Assembly: GCF_037042905.1 (NCBI RefSeq)
Contig: NC_087245.1
Coordinates: 21,392,001 to 21,456,000, forward strand
DNA: 64,000 nucleotides
From: Lytechinus pictus
Lineage: Eukaryota
Direction of reading: 5' to 3'
Position numbers and translations under genes: made by a program. The notes beneath the pieces were generated by a model. It saw only the letters and a list, made by a program, of their open reading frames with translations. It was not told the origin of the DNA and did no database searches. Position 1 is the stretch's first letter; every line of letters begins with the position of its first letter. Below are positions 25,498 through 37,896 of this stretch, one piece after another.

Positions 25498-27023
25498 TGG
25501 TTTGGTTTGACAAACCAAGAGGTTTTGTTTAATGCCTGACTTTCTAGATGTACGGGTTGTTGTATTGGGCTTGTATTAGATGTCTCCATCTGGATAGTTA
25601 TGATTAAAGGGAGTTCAGCTCTTTTGGCAAATTATCTCCTCTTTAAAGCAGCTACAATGGTGGATTTCCCTTTCAATTTATAAATCAGAATATTTCTAGC
25701 TGTCTTGCAAATAGTGTTGTACATTGATGTATGCAAATCTGTTGCAGCAGGGTTTCCTTGAGCATATATTTTTTCATTTTACTACCAGTCAAATTTTCTA
25801 TGGTTATTTCTCTTTTTTCAGTCAACATCATAATATTTTTAGGGTGAAAATTCAGGAGCTTTTATTAGGAAGGAATTTGCATCATCTGTTGAATTAGTAC
25901 ATTCCATGTAAACCATTAAGTTTTCATTCTCAGAGATAGGTAATTTTCATTTCCAATGCTTTTTAAATGTTTACTGTTTCATCAATACCTCCAGTTTGCT
26001 GAAATAAACAGTCATTAGTATACCAATAGCAGACAAAAAGTGTCATAATTATGTAAATAAAAGAAAATAATATGTATCGTACTACTTTATAATACAGATA
26101 CAGTTACATAATCCTAAACCTTTTCAATCTGACCTAAACCTTAAAATTCTACAATTCTAAGACAAATTATTTATGTTTACAGATAAACTACTATATGTGT
26201 TTAATTCAATAATATTGATGAATATTAGATGGCAAAATATGCCTAAGATTTGAATATACATTTAGTTTGAATGAAAACTGTTCACATTTGGAGATAAATC
26301 ACTTGTTTCATCAAATTGAAGTACAACTAATAACCTGAGATAAGCATGACTTTAAGAAAAAAAAAATATTTTGTTTCCCCCTGTTGGTTCATTATCAAAT
26401 ACTGTACCATATGATTATTATACTATGTATAACATTTCTAGAATTCTAGTATTAAACATTTTGTGTCTAAAACATGGGCAAATCTTTATGGAATATAATG
26501 TAACATGTAACCCCCCCCCCCAACACAGTTAGTTTTTTTTTTAACTGCCTTGTCCTCCTGATAACTTACTGCAATGGCTGCTTTTATTTGGGATGAGGGG
26601 TTGTAAGAATGGTTCTGGAATTTAAAGCCCTTCCAAATAAAGGAATGGAAAGATACAGTCTTTTAAACCTTTTGAAAGCTTTAAGATTTTTATTCATTCA
26701 ACAAGAATATAAATGTATCTAGGAGTTCTTGGAAATGTCAAACTGAGAAAGAAATCTAGATGTAAGTCACATCACTGTTTATTCTATCATTTCAAAAAAA
26801 TAAAAAGGGGAATTGCATAAAATTTGTTTCACACTCCATCATCAGTTGTCATTTCTGTTTCTAATGGCATGCAGGGATGAAACAAGGTCACTGCAACTGT
26901 TTTTTTTTCTTCTTTAATTATTATAATATGTAAGATGTACTGAGTAAGTTATTATTTTAGAAACTCAATCTACATGAATATGTAATATTACATATATGTC
27001 ATATTACATAGCTGAAGAAATTG

Positions 27024-28468
27024 TCAGTGATTTTACAAACCGGCTCAAACCTAATTTTCGGTCAAATTTTCAAAATTCATCTTCATAATGGTTAGTTTCG
27101 GTCAGGTTCGCTCATTTGGTTTACGTAGCAGACAATTTAGCCTGCTAGTATATAGTATACTTACGCAGACCCTGCAAATCAAAATCAATTCCGGACTCGA
27201 TATTTGCTTCCTCAAACTGTAGCTTTATTATAAATATCAGTAGGCAAAGCTTTATAGTACAAAAACATTGTTACTTTCAACATTAAATGAGTTAATTAAG
27301 TTTGTTTGGACTGTATTAATTGTTTCAAATGAAAAGGGTCTAGGAACGGAAACTATCATATGTTAGTCATGTGACGTTGTACACAGAAATATGCCATGTT
27401 CTGCCTGCTCGATCTCAAAGTTTGGGAGAAAAACAAGATGTAACCATTATACCAGTCATAAAGTATTATACATCAAACTGTAGGTAATCTATTTAGAATT
27501 GAGATGACAATCAATCTCGACCTTTATGAATCTTAGGGATATTTCAGACGAAAAACAAAGGTGCCGGTGTCTCGAAAATAAAGGTGGTTTCAAACCGTTT
27601 GCCATAGCAAGAAATGTGAACATGGACACTTTCAAATGAACAGCAAGACGTAATAGTGAATTAATTGTAATAATATTTACATCAAATTAATGGAATTGGA
27701 TAAAAAAATTCACACTATTATCAATCTGGTGTGAGATTATTAATAGTTATAAAGATATATCCGGATTTCTGCAATATTATGTTCATGAAAACCACTGTTC
27801 CCTGTGTTGAAGCTGTGTGTGTGTACTTTCGGACACTCAAATGCAAGGGACTAACCATTATGTTATTGCATATTCTGAAAACCCGTGATTCACTCTTTTG
27901 ATATGCCAAATTTCAGATTAAAATTCACATTATTTAAAGAATAAAAGCATAGTTAAATTTCTCTCGAACTGGCTCAACCCCCTCCTTTGATTTTACGAAA
28001 TGGCTCAAACCATACTTTGTGTACTATAAAGTCTCTGGAATGGCACACTCAGGTCAAAGTCCTTACCTAGATGTTGCGTGTATGCGGCGCGTATATGGTT
28101 TATGCCTCTAAAAAAGCATGCGCATAGCATGAATGATTTTTCGAACTGGCTCAAGCCGTAAAGTACAGTGCGCATGATTTTACGAACTGACTCAAACCCC
28201 CTGTTATTAGTATGAATTAGCAGTTTTGGAAATGCATACATGTGCTTTATTTCAAATATTGAAAGAATTAATACAAATTTTAGACAAAATTTTGTATATT
28301 ATAAAAGAATAGAATGTATGATTAAAATTGGTATAAATAATTGATCTACATGTAGTTTCTTTCAAAGCATGAATTTATGAGCATCTGAAAAACATCCAAT
28401 CACGATTATCTCAAAATCATGTTCAGGAAACCAGATGTGGTTTGAGCCAGTCAGTAAAGTCACACACG
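27024..28468. mobile_element. Non-autonomous DNA transposon of about 1.45 kb, unclassified
   Basis: GTGATTTTACAAACCGGCTCAAACC / GGTTTGAGCCAGTCAGTAAAGTCAC; internal repeats of GAACTGGCTCAA at 27965-28200. Confidence 0.65.
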
Positions 28469-29695
28469 AAATCTCTCGGCCACCTCACTATGGTATGAAC
28501 AAACATGTTGCATAAACTGAAAGGTTGCAACTACCGACTGGATAGAGATTATCGTTCAGTGGTTATGAAAATAAGCATAAATGTACATGTATTTATTTCA
28601 CAAAGACATGTGGCGTGTAAACCGCATAATTATATAATTTTTTTGTTATGATTGGAATAGACCACAAATTAAAAGTTAGGTACAGAAGTTACAAATATCC
28701 TTCATACGTTCCAACTCTCAATCATTTTTGGTTTCAATACCTGCAGATGTGGTCCATCAGTGTGACCTAATGGTACCATGTACATAATACCTTAGTTTTT
28801 ACAGTATACAAACCAAAGGATTAAGTCAGAACAGAATATGAGCCACAGATGCATTCAGTCTATGGGAATAATTTGGCTAATGGAATTTAAGGAAATACAT
28901 AACTTCACACAGCTAAAGGGAGATTACTTTTTTAATTTGATAACACAAGCCTACTATGCAAAAAATACAAAAATGTGTTAAATACAACTGGAATATTGGA
29001 CATGAAAAAACAGGGGGAAATGTTTAAAAACATGCAGGAAATAGCAATCTGGGGATATTTAATGCAGGGCAAACATATCAGGCTTTGAGTAAATAAGATG
29101 CCAGGCAAAAAGAGGAATTATATAAAAACTTACAGGTCTGTAGGAGTACTGGAAAGATCAAAGAAAAAAACAAAAAAATGTATGTTAATAACAATTATTA
29201 TTAATCAAATGGGAAATCATTTCAAACTCAAATTAATTTTCAAAGGAATAGTAATAATGTAACAATAAAAAAAAACACCTGGGGTTATCAAGCTAAAATC
29301 AGAATGCAATATATGTCATAAATTAACAAAAAAAAGTTGTTTTCAACAATGTCACATGACTTGTCGAAGTTATATCACACCTGTGCATTTTTCACATACA
29401 AAATGGAAGTTCAACCTACAGTAACATGAAATTGTTTTAATAAAAGTGGATAAATCATATAACTAATGTATGTTAGTGAAGAAATTAAACATACATGTTT
29501 TAATACATGAGATACACTGTACACTATGGCGATTTTAACAAATTTATTGAAGAATACCAGTTTCAGGATTTAAGATTTTATTTTGTGATGATTAGTATTA
29601 TCAGCTTGAATCCCATAGTGTACATGTATTAAGGCTTAACATGTATGTTCTATAAACTACATGTATGATAATGCATTCGCTAAACTATTAATTTC

Positions 29696-29926
29696 TCGCT
29701 AGAGGGTATTCATTTGTCTCGCAATCTACTATGGTCAACAAGGAAATTCACTTGATAAAGAGTTGCAGCGGCACTCGAAAGCTTGTGAACTTGTAAGCTA
29801 GTGAACACTTTTTGCGAGAGTGATCACGAATTTCCTAGAAAGCCAGTGAACACTTTTTGCGAGAGTGATCACGAATTTCCTTGTTGACCATAGTAGATTG
29901 CGAGACAAATGAATACCCTCTAGCGA
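29696..29926. repeat. Perfect 54-bp inverted repeat around an internal tandem duplication
   Basis: 29696-29749 is the exact reverse complement of 29873-29926; agtgaacactttttgcgagagtgatcacgaatttcc occurs twice. Confidence 0.9.
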
Positions 29927-30077
29927 TTATTTCAATCCGCAATAATGAACCTGATCTTTGAAGGTTTCCATGGTGGAGAGAATATTGAAAGGTTTACGGT
30001 AAACACCATGTATGTAGTCCTGAAAAGGACTGTTTGTTATTCTTTCTTGAATATATGTTAGCTCTGAAAAGAACTGT

Positions 30078-30122
30078 TATCGACGTTTCGACCAGCGTGT
30101 TCTGGTCGTCATCAGGAATGAA
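30078..30122 (-). ncRNA. Minimal hammerhead ribozyme core
   Basis: Minus strand reads CTGATGA-C-GACCAG-aacacg-CTGGTC-GAAA-CGTC: both conserved boxes, a 6-bp stem II and the short palindromic stem III typical of PLE hammerheads. Stem I is weak. Confidence 0.75.
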
Positions 30123-30341
30123 GATCCACTTGAAAGACTAAGCTTATAACCAAGTTGGTTATGAGGATGTAATTAAGGTTGAGCCAATAGGAAAGCAGGA
30201 ACGGAGAGGTAATTAAAGATGAACCAATAGGAAAGCAGGAGGATAGTGATTGGTCAGTAGTTGATTGGAAACTAATTGGTGTAATCCCGGATTAATCCTC
30301 TGTGATTACGTAAGACTTCTATTGTGTTGGAGATTAGGCAT

Positions 30342-30670
30342 CTATTGATTGGTAGTCTTGTTTAGCAGTGGGTTCCAAATATTGTTGATGAGTAGGCCGC
30401 TGTCTTGTGGTACTGTGTCGTGTTGGGTGATCTCTATGGCCTCTCGTACCCGTCTGGTATGCCAGTGTTTGATAGATGTTAGTAACTTGGCGTCCTCCCA
30501 TAGAATCTTGTGTTGGAGTTGGTTAGCATGTTTGGCTATCGCAGACTTCTCCCATTCCCCCTTGTTGTAGCTGTTCTGATGTTCCTTGAGTCTGGTAGTC
30601 AGGTTGCGTCCAGTTTCACCGATGTATACCTTTCCACAAGAGCATGGTATCCTGTATACTCCAGGGCGTG
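30342..30670 (-). pseudogene. GIY-YIG endonuclease C-terminal fragment of a Penelope-like retroelement
   Basis: Open frame RPGVYRIPCSCGKVYIGETGRNLTTRLKEHQ...SAIAKHA...RRVREAIEI...INNIWNPLL, ending at TAG. It is 5'-truncated and has no RT domain. Confidence 0.92.
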
Positions 30671-33600
30671 ACGCTGTACATACAGCATAGTATGGATTTA
30701 ATTGGAATGTGTACTACATGTACATTGTACTAATACTATAGACATCTTTTTCATAGAAGCAAATTAGATCTCAGGTTGGCAATATACCTGCCCTTCATAC
30801 TACATGTTATTGTAGATACAGGCATAATGAAATGTACAAAAATATCTATAATTCTAATTACAGATGAATACAGTTTAATGCAGGATCCTCTGGTACATAT
30901 ATTAGAATTATTTAAGGTCTTTAGGGGACATTCTGGGGAAACTACAGGAGTGATCTGCCCAAAATACCTCATGTGTGTATCCCCTACCTATGTCCACCTA
31001 CATGTAATTGCAATGTGTTTAAATGATAAACATATAACGCACATCAATTATGAATATAAACCATTGATGGAATGATTTATTATGTAGGCCTATAATACAT
31101 AAACTGGATTTAACAGTTGGAACATATTAAAGAATAATTCATGAAATCAATGTGTAGGCCTCACATTGGATTTCGTGGTTGAATGAACTCCGTTCAAACC
31201 AATGAAAATACCCAGGTACGAAAGCAGTGTATGGGACCTGAAAGTGATTATAACTCGATGTTCAAGACATCCTCATTTTTGGGCAGGTCAAGTCATTTTA
31301 GAATTAAAAATAAAAATCCTACTAGCATGTACAAGACATAGACCAATGCTTGGTGATAAAGGTATTCAAATGATTCTGTCCCCCTCCCTACTTAATTTAC
31401 TGCTCTCTTGAAAACAATAGTTGGGGATGTTCTAGGGCAATTTGCATGGAGATTGATCACAATAATTACAGGTATTTCTCATATTCATTTAAGCATACAT
31501 GTACATGTCTGTGCCTGAACCCTGAACCATATTACCCTACATGTACATGTATTTTTATGTTTGGTGTTCACAATATTAAAGGTTCAATTTTTTGTAGTAA
31601 CCATTTTTATCTGGGCGGGGAGTGGAAAAATTTGGCTTACCAGGGGTACATCTTGCCAAACTTCAATTATGCAACTAATAAAACCCAACCCATAACTCCC
31701 AAAAGGGATCTTAATAGTAATCGATCATAGAACTAAATTTCATGATTGATTCCTTTCAAATAATAATTTATATGAAATGTAATACTCTGTATAAATATTG
31801 TTCATTCTCATTTAATAATTCTCTGATTTGATTTGTATAAACTTTGAAACTGAAGTCTGAAGCACTTTATATAAGTTTGATCATCAGATTTTATCTACAT
31901 GTACTGCACATAATATTCATCATACAAATCAGAAGTAAAATTAATAAATACAATTTATATTTTGGGCACAAATCTTCATTAAAATTGATGATTTATTTAT
32001 TCTGTTTCATTTATTTTATACTGTGCAGTGTTGGACTCTTCGGGTTTTAAAATCTGCTTTAAAAAAGATGCCCTGCAGTTACATGTTGACTTCAGAAAAT
32101 ATAAAGGTAACATCATAAACTATATTACAACCTATATGACTAACCCTATACCATATATGTACATGGATAGCACTGTTAAAATCCTACTGAATGCTGATGA
32201 ATGAATAATTAGCAATTTTTTACAATGGCCCAGGTATCTCGCATATCTAATGAGCCTTTCAAACCTTAGGTGAACTTTACAGACAAATTTCACTTGATGT
32301 GTGTATGTAAATATTTGACAATCATGACATTTTCTGAAAGTGAGTGCCTATCTCGCAGTGGTGTAAAATACTCTTGTTTACACACGTTCTTCATGGATTT
32401 GCTAAAATATGTAACTGTATCTAAATATGAGCATGATTTTAATACAATGATTTTCCTTTTTCTTTTTCTTTATAAAATTTTGAATTATCCTTATTCATTA
32501 TTTACTCTTTCTTTATTTTCTTGATATATATACACAATATACTTCTCAATTAATTAACGGATGAATTCAATTAATCTTTAATAAAAAACCCTGATACATG
32601 TTTGATTACGTGTATATTAGATATTGGATTTGCTACATGTACCTTACATATACATCTACTGTATTTTTATACAGAATACTTTCAGGTTTCATGAATTTGT
32701 TTTTGTGATTTTAATCAATTTTATTCTCTTCTTTCATACAAGTATACCATTTCAACAAATCAAATATACAGTAAGCTTACGAGTAAAATCTAATTCTTAC
32801 AGCACGTTCAGTCTTACGTTTTCAAAAGCATGTGGATGATTACGAGAAAAGAAACTACATGTCATGTATTCCCATCTTTTTCTTGTTATATCACATTATC
32901 TGCACTTGCATTATTACAGCTTATACATGTATTTATGTGTGTGACATTCAATTAATATTGGTATATGAATAAAGAATTTAACAAAATTAAAATAATCCCA
33001 TCATGGATCTCCAAAAAATGAATGATTTCAGAATTAAACTCTGAAGCATTCCATAAGTAGACCAACGTACCTACAAATCCACCATGTTCTCTTTTTTTCA
33101 ATTCAAACCATCTCAAGTAATGAATTGTTTTTTGGATTCAGTCTATATTTCTGCTGATGACTTTATCTACATTGACTTCAGTGGGAAAAGGGAAATATTT
33201 GAAGCTTAATGTACATTTATTTTTCAATGTTCATGAATTGTAATCCAAACAGCAAAAAATAAAGAAGCTACATGTAAGTTCACCAACTGAGGCATGCCTA
33301 CATGTATCTTCCCTGACACAAGTGAAGTATCTGTACCCTCTCTTTGGCCCGCATCAAGAGAAGGGATCGTTTATGAATTATGCGTAAAGGCCAGGCGGCG
33401 AGCCAACAGCTTGGCGGGGGAACATCGAAGGGAACCCATACTCAATTACATATAACCGCACACATAGACATGTACTGCCGCTCTAGCTGAATTGCTTTAT
33501 ACATGTAGCTACCAGTATATTTCACCACATAAAAAAACACTATGCATGTGTATAATTACAGAAGCATGCAATGTCTACATGTACATGTACTACTAGTAGT

Positions 33601-34289
33601 ATGGAACATACTACATGTACATGTTTGTACTATTTGGTGTAGTACATCTTCAAGTACTGCATCTTAAAAAAATTTGCATATTTCACTTGAGAACCTCCGG
33701 AGACTGAGGCGTCACCGCAGTGTTCACAGATAGTGCAAGTTGAGATTTTCCTCTACATAGCGCCACGCCTTTTTAAACTTTCATGTTGTGCTTTCTGACT
33801 CCTCTCAATTGAAGATTAATAAAAGTATAGTTCTGTATTGAAGCACACAATGATATGAAGAGCATTTTTTCATATAAGTACATACATGAGTATAAAAAGT
33901 GTATACTAGCAAATCACAGGTGATGAAAATACTTTATTTACACCATCTATTCAGAAACTACTCAGGCATACAAAACTATGTCCCACCCAAATTAAGGCAA
34001 AAGTGTAGTTAATATTTGGAACATATTTTCTCTTCTCAAAACATCAATAAAAATACATAAAAAACAAGGGGCAAACAAAGAGGAGATAAATGCACAAGTG
34101 TCAAGATTATCATATTTTGTTTTGTTTTTTATTACATCAATTAGAATAATGGGTTAAATTATCACTTATCATATGCTTGCTTTGTATCCTAAGTAACCTT
34201 CATCCTTGAAAAGTTGAAATAATATACATTGTAGCAATATTTACTGTTTATAAAATTTCTTAAAGAAGAGAGTGATGCACTGTTAACTA

Positions 34290-34453
34290 CACTGTAAAAA
34301 AATGTGCTAATTTAGCCCTTACAGTGCTTGTATAGTGACTGCACTACGAGTGCTGATTTTCTAGTTCAAATTTAAACTAGAAAATTAGCACTCGTAGTGC
34401 AGTCACTATACAAGCACTGTAAGTGCTAAATTAGCACTTCATTTTTTACAGTG
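34290..34453. mobile_element. EnSpm/CACTA-like palindromic MITE
   Basis: CACTGTAAAAAA / TTTTTTACAGTG, TA TSD, almost wholly self-complementary. Confidence 0.85.
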
Positions 34454-35317
34454 TATATATTGTAGGAATGAAATCCACACTTGACCCCATTTCAAATGCT
34501 CCCTGTTGTTATTTTCAAAATGAACTTTAAAAATGTGCAGAAAAAGTTTAAAATGTGTTGAATTTTCATCCAGCATGAAGATATGTACGTACATGTACAT
34601 GTAACATATCGTTGTCTCGTTATTACTCACAAGAACTTCATTAAATTTTCATCCACAAATAACATTAGCCTATGACATGAGTGATCCGGGAACTGTAGGG
34701 CAGATATATTTTTCTTATTTTCTCCACCCCCTCTCCCCTCTGACCATGGTCCATGTAGTCTGCAGGCACAGGCCCTGATTGAAACTTTGATCAAAAAGTG
34801 GGTCTCCATGCAAAGACTAGCACATACAAAACTTGCTAGAGGGCCTTCAGTACAAAAGGCATGAGTAGGCTGCACATTCAGAGTTTTCAGACCCTTAACA
34901 CGAGTGAAGGGTTTGCACTAGCTAGTTTGCACAGCAGACTATATGCACCATGCTCCAACTACCTCTTTCCCTCGCTTCTCCCCCCCCCTCCTTCCATCAA
35001 GAATTAAATATGGTTTCTGCTTCTGACCATACACTGCCGGCACAGCACACACACACACACATCCTACACCGCCCAGCAGGACTACCATAATGTAGGTAAA
35101 ACTAAGAGATTTTTTTTTGGTGTACAATACTGATGTGTCTGGTAGACAGTGAAGAGCCTGTGAAGAGACTCATCTACAGGCATCATCCAATTTTGATTAC
35201 ATCTATATCAGATTACGATGCCTACTTGTACCAGGATTCATGTCATGCTACTGCCTTCTGGCCAATACATGCGTCCATTCTCTCTCCTTCGCCACAGTAT
35301 CATTATGCACCACGGCG

Positions 35318-36580
35318 TGGAAGCACCGTGGTATAATCAGAGGGTCGTGTGTTCGAATCCCACCATGGCCTAGTGCCCTTTGGCAAGGCGTCAATCCACC
35401 CTTTGCCACTCTCACCCAGGTGCTTATTTGGGTACCGATAGGAAACTACCACCCCCGGGGGGGTCACTCTCCACATGGCCTGCTACACACCCGTGTCAAG
35501 AAAAAGCGTCGAAAAGGGTCCCGTTTCGGGCACTCGGGCGTCGTTGACGTCTTTGGAAAAAAGGGTTGCATTTCAGCGCCATTCGCTCGCAATCGCATAT
35601 CAGGGTAGCCTTTTCTCTCTTTTCACGCCATTAAGGGTTGCTAATTTGGATATGAAGATTACGCCATTTAGGGGTGCAAATTTGAGGTTTAAAATTTGGA
35701 CAAATTTGAGGAGACCCGGGAGCAGACCTAAGCCATAAACACCATGAAGGGCGTGATTTTAAGGGATACAAAATAATCCTCGCACACGCCGGCGCGGCCA
35801 GCGAAGCACTTACATGTATGAGAGTTACCCCCGTGCAGTCCTCGCTAGTCTTTTACACCCGGCTATATACTAGGCAGCACGCGTTACCTTTACCACTCGC
35901 CACACACTGATAGGTAGCAGAGGATGCTATGCTATTACATGTATGTACCGGTCCTGTTTGAAGCGACTATGCTTGGCTTCCAAGGATAGGATGCAAACAA
36001 ATAAATATGATTGATGTATGTATTTTTCAACACATAAACTGGTATGGATTCCATTTTTTTAAGTTTTGATAAAAATTTGTATAACGAATGGTAATTGTGA
36101 TGCATGTCAAGGCAAGCAACCTTTTCACTTGCATTCATTAATTTAGGCTAAAAGATGGCAAAAATTGCTAAGATTGAGAGGTGTCCTTGAGAGTAATCAT
36201 GTTGGCCTTACTTTCAATAACTTTTTAAAAAAATGGAATTCATACCTGTTGTATTAATTTAACATGCAGTCATCAGTATGGTATCAAATTAATTGATTTC
36301 CATGTTTACGCCACTTAGGGTATCAAATAAGGGGATTTCCCTATTCACGCCACTTAGGGTGGCTTTTCTCATGGGTTACGCCATTTAGGGTTGCAAATTT
36401 AGTTAATGTAGTCACGCCATTTAGGGTGCATTTCTAAGGTTGTTGGACACGGGTGGGTAGCAGTCCATGTGGAGAGTGACCTACCGGGCTACCACCATTG
36501 TGGTTGGTTTAGCAAGACAGTGCCTAACAGGCTGCAAAAAAAAGCTATGTATACAGTGACCAGGTGATAATTGTAAAGCC
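35318..36580 (+). mobile_element. tRNA-derived SINE split by the 35454-36488 insertion
   Basis: B-box GTTCGAATCC, conserved core (ggcaaggc...cccaggtg...tgggtacc); the 3' part resumes after 36496. Confidence 0.7.
35454..36488. mobile_element. Non-autonomous DNA element with 8-bp TSD, inserted in a SINE
   Basis: CCCGG..GTCACTCTCCACATGG / CCATGTGGAGAGTGAC..CCGGG; TSD CTACCACC (35446-35453, 36489-36496); ACGCCAYTTAGGG subterminal repeats. Confidence 0.85.
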
Positions 36581-36674
36581 AATTATTACTATGATGCTTA
36601 TATTCCCCTTCATTTGGTAAATACATGTACATGTAGGCCCTGTTATATTTTGGGTAGGGTTTTGCATGACATCA

Positions 36675-36912
36675 ATAATAACAATAACTCTCATTCTTAT
36701 TTAGCAAGGGTAGCCACTTCAGATATTAGCTGGTTTTCAAGCAGGCCTAGCTGCATAGCATTATTCTATTATTACCCTTCTGCATTCTCAAAAGTCGCGT
36801 GCCCTACAAGAAGGCAGAAGTTCCATTTATTAAAGACAAGTCTTATGACTCTGCTAAGAATCAAACTCACGATCTCCTGTTCAAGAGGCAGACGCTCTAC
36901 CACTGAAGCAAC
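36675..36912 (-). mobile_element. Degenerate SINE
   Basis: agggtagccacttcag is the reverse complement of the SINE tail near 1135; tRNA-like head near 36850-36912. Confidence 0.55.
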
Positions 36913-37014
36913 AACAATTGGAATGCCTAAATGTAGCTGGCAGTCTCGCATGTATAGATATTAAATGTAGCAACTGTGCCGACTTCGAAAAAAACTACAA
37001 TGAATAATTATTAA

Positions 37015-37896
37015 AGGACAAGTTCATCCAAACAAAAAGTTTATTTGAATAAAAAGAGAAAAATCCAACTAACATAACACTGAAATTTCATCAAAATCGG
37101 ATGTAAAATAAGAAAGTTATGACATTTTAAAGTTTCGCTTAATTTCACAAAACAGTTATATGTACATCCTGGGCCCCATCTTACAAAGAGTTATGATTGA
37201 TCCAATCAATTATAACTCTATGGAAATCCATCAGTGTCATAACTTTTTTCTACAGGAAATTTGCACAATGTCCTTTGTAAACAAATAGAAGCACAGTGAA
37301 TTTTCAAGAAAACAGTGAATGCATGAATATACATACATCATAGTTAGAAAATATTTTGAACAAACATGCAAAATACATGTTGACGTCCATAGTTGTGATT
37401 GATAGGATCAATCGCAACTCTTTGTAAGACGGGGCCCTGGTCACTATATAGGTATGCAAATTAGAGGACTGATGACCTCACCCACTTACTATTTATAATG
37501 TAATTTATTACATGCATTTTGAAATATTCTAATTTTCTCCTCATTGTCAAGTGAAACAAAGATAAATTCCTCCCTGAGCATGTGGAATTAGCATTATTTT
37601 AATACTACAGAGTGTATGGTTTAGTCAAGTTGGCCCTTGTCAAATCTGTAAAAAATGAAATATTGTATAATTCAAACAATAAAAAACAAAAGAAATAGAT
37701 AGTGAGGGGCATCATCGACTGTCTCATTTGCATGTCACTGAGTTGTGCATATAACTGTTTGGTGAAAAATAAGCGAAACTTTAACGTGTCATAACTGTCT
37801 TATTTTACATCCAATTTTGATGACATTTTCAGCATTATGCTGGTTTGATTTTCCTATATTCATTCAAATTGATTTTTTCTGGGGTGGACTTGACCT
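37015..37896. mobile_element. Kolobok-type MITE, family A copy 2, interrupted
   Basis: Colinear with 9404-9997; TTAA/TTCA flanks; contains an insertion at 37172-37436. Confidence 0.85.
37172..37436. mobile_element. PIF/Harbinger-type MITE nested in the Kolobok MITE
   Basis: TIR GGCCCCATCTTACAAAGAGTT / AACTCTTTGTAAGACGGGGCC; CTG TSD; the empty site (catcctgg) is visible in copy 1. Confidence 0.85.

Larger units (their letters stand above)
30010..30676 (-). mobile_element. 5'-truncated Penelope-like element (endonuclease end plus pLTR region)
   Basis: GIY-YIG fragment followed by a region with repeated CCAAT motifs and a hammerhead core. Boundaries are approximate. Confidence 0.85.

Noticed and set aside
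34631..34692. Minus-strand exon-like segment FPDHSCHRLMLFVDENLMKF with cag/gtgagt boundaries
   Set aside because: At 62 nt (phase 0 to 2) it would frameshift the conserved CACNB exon, and it has no recognisable homology. At most a poison or cryptic exon.
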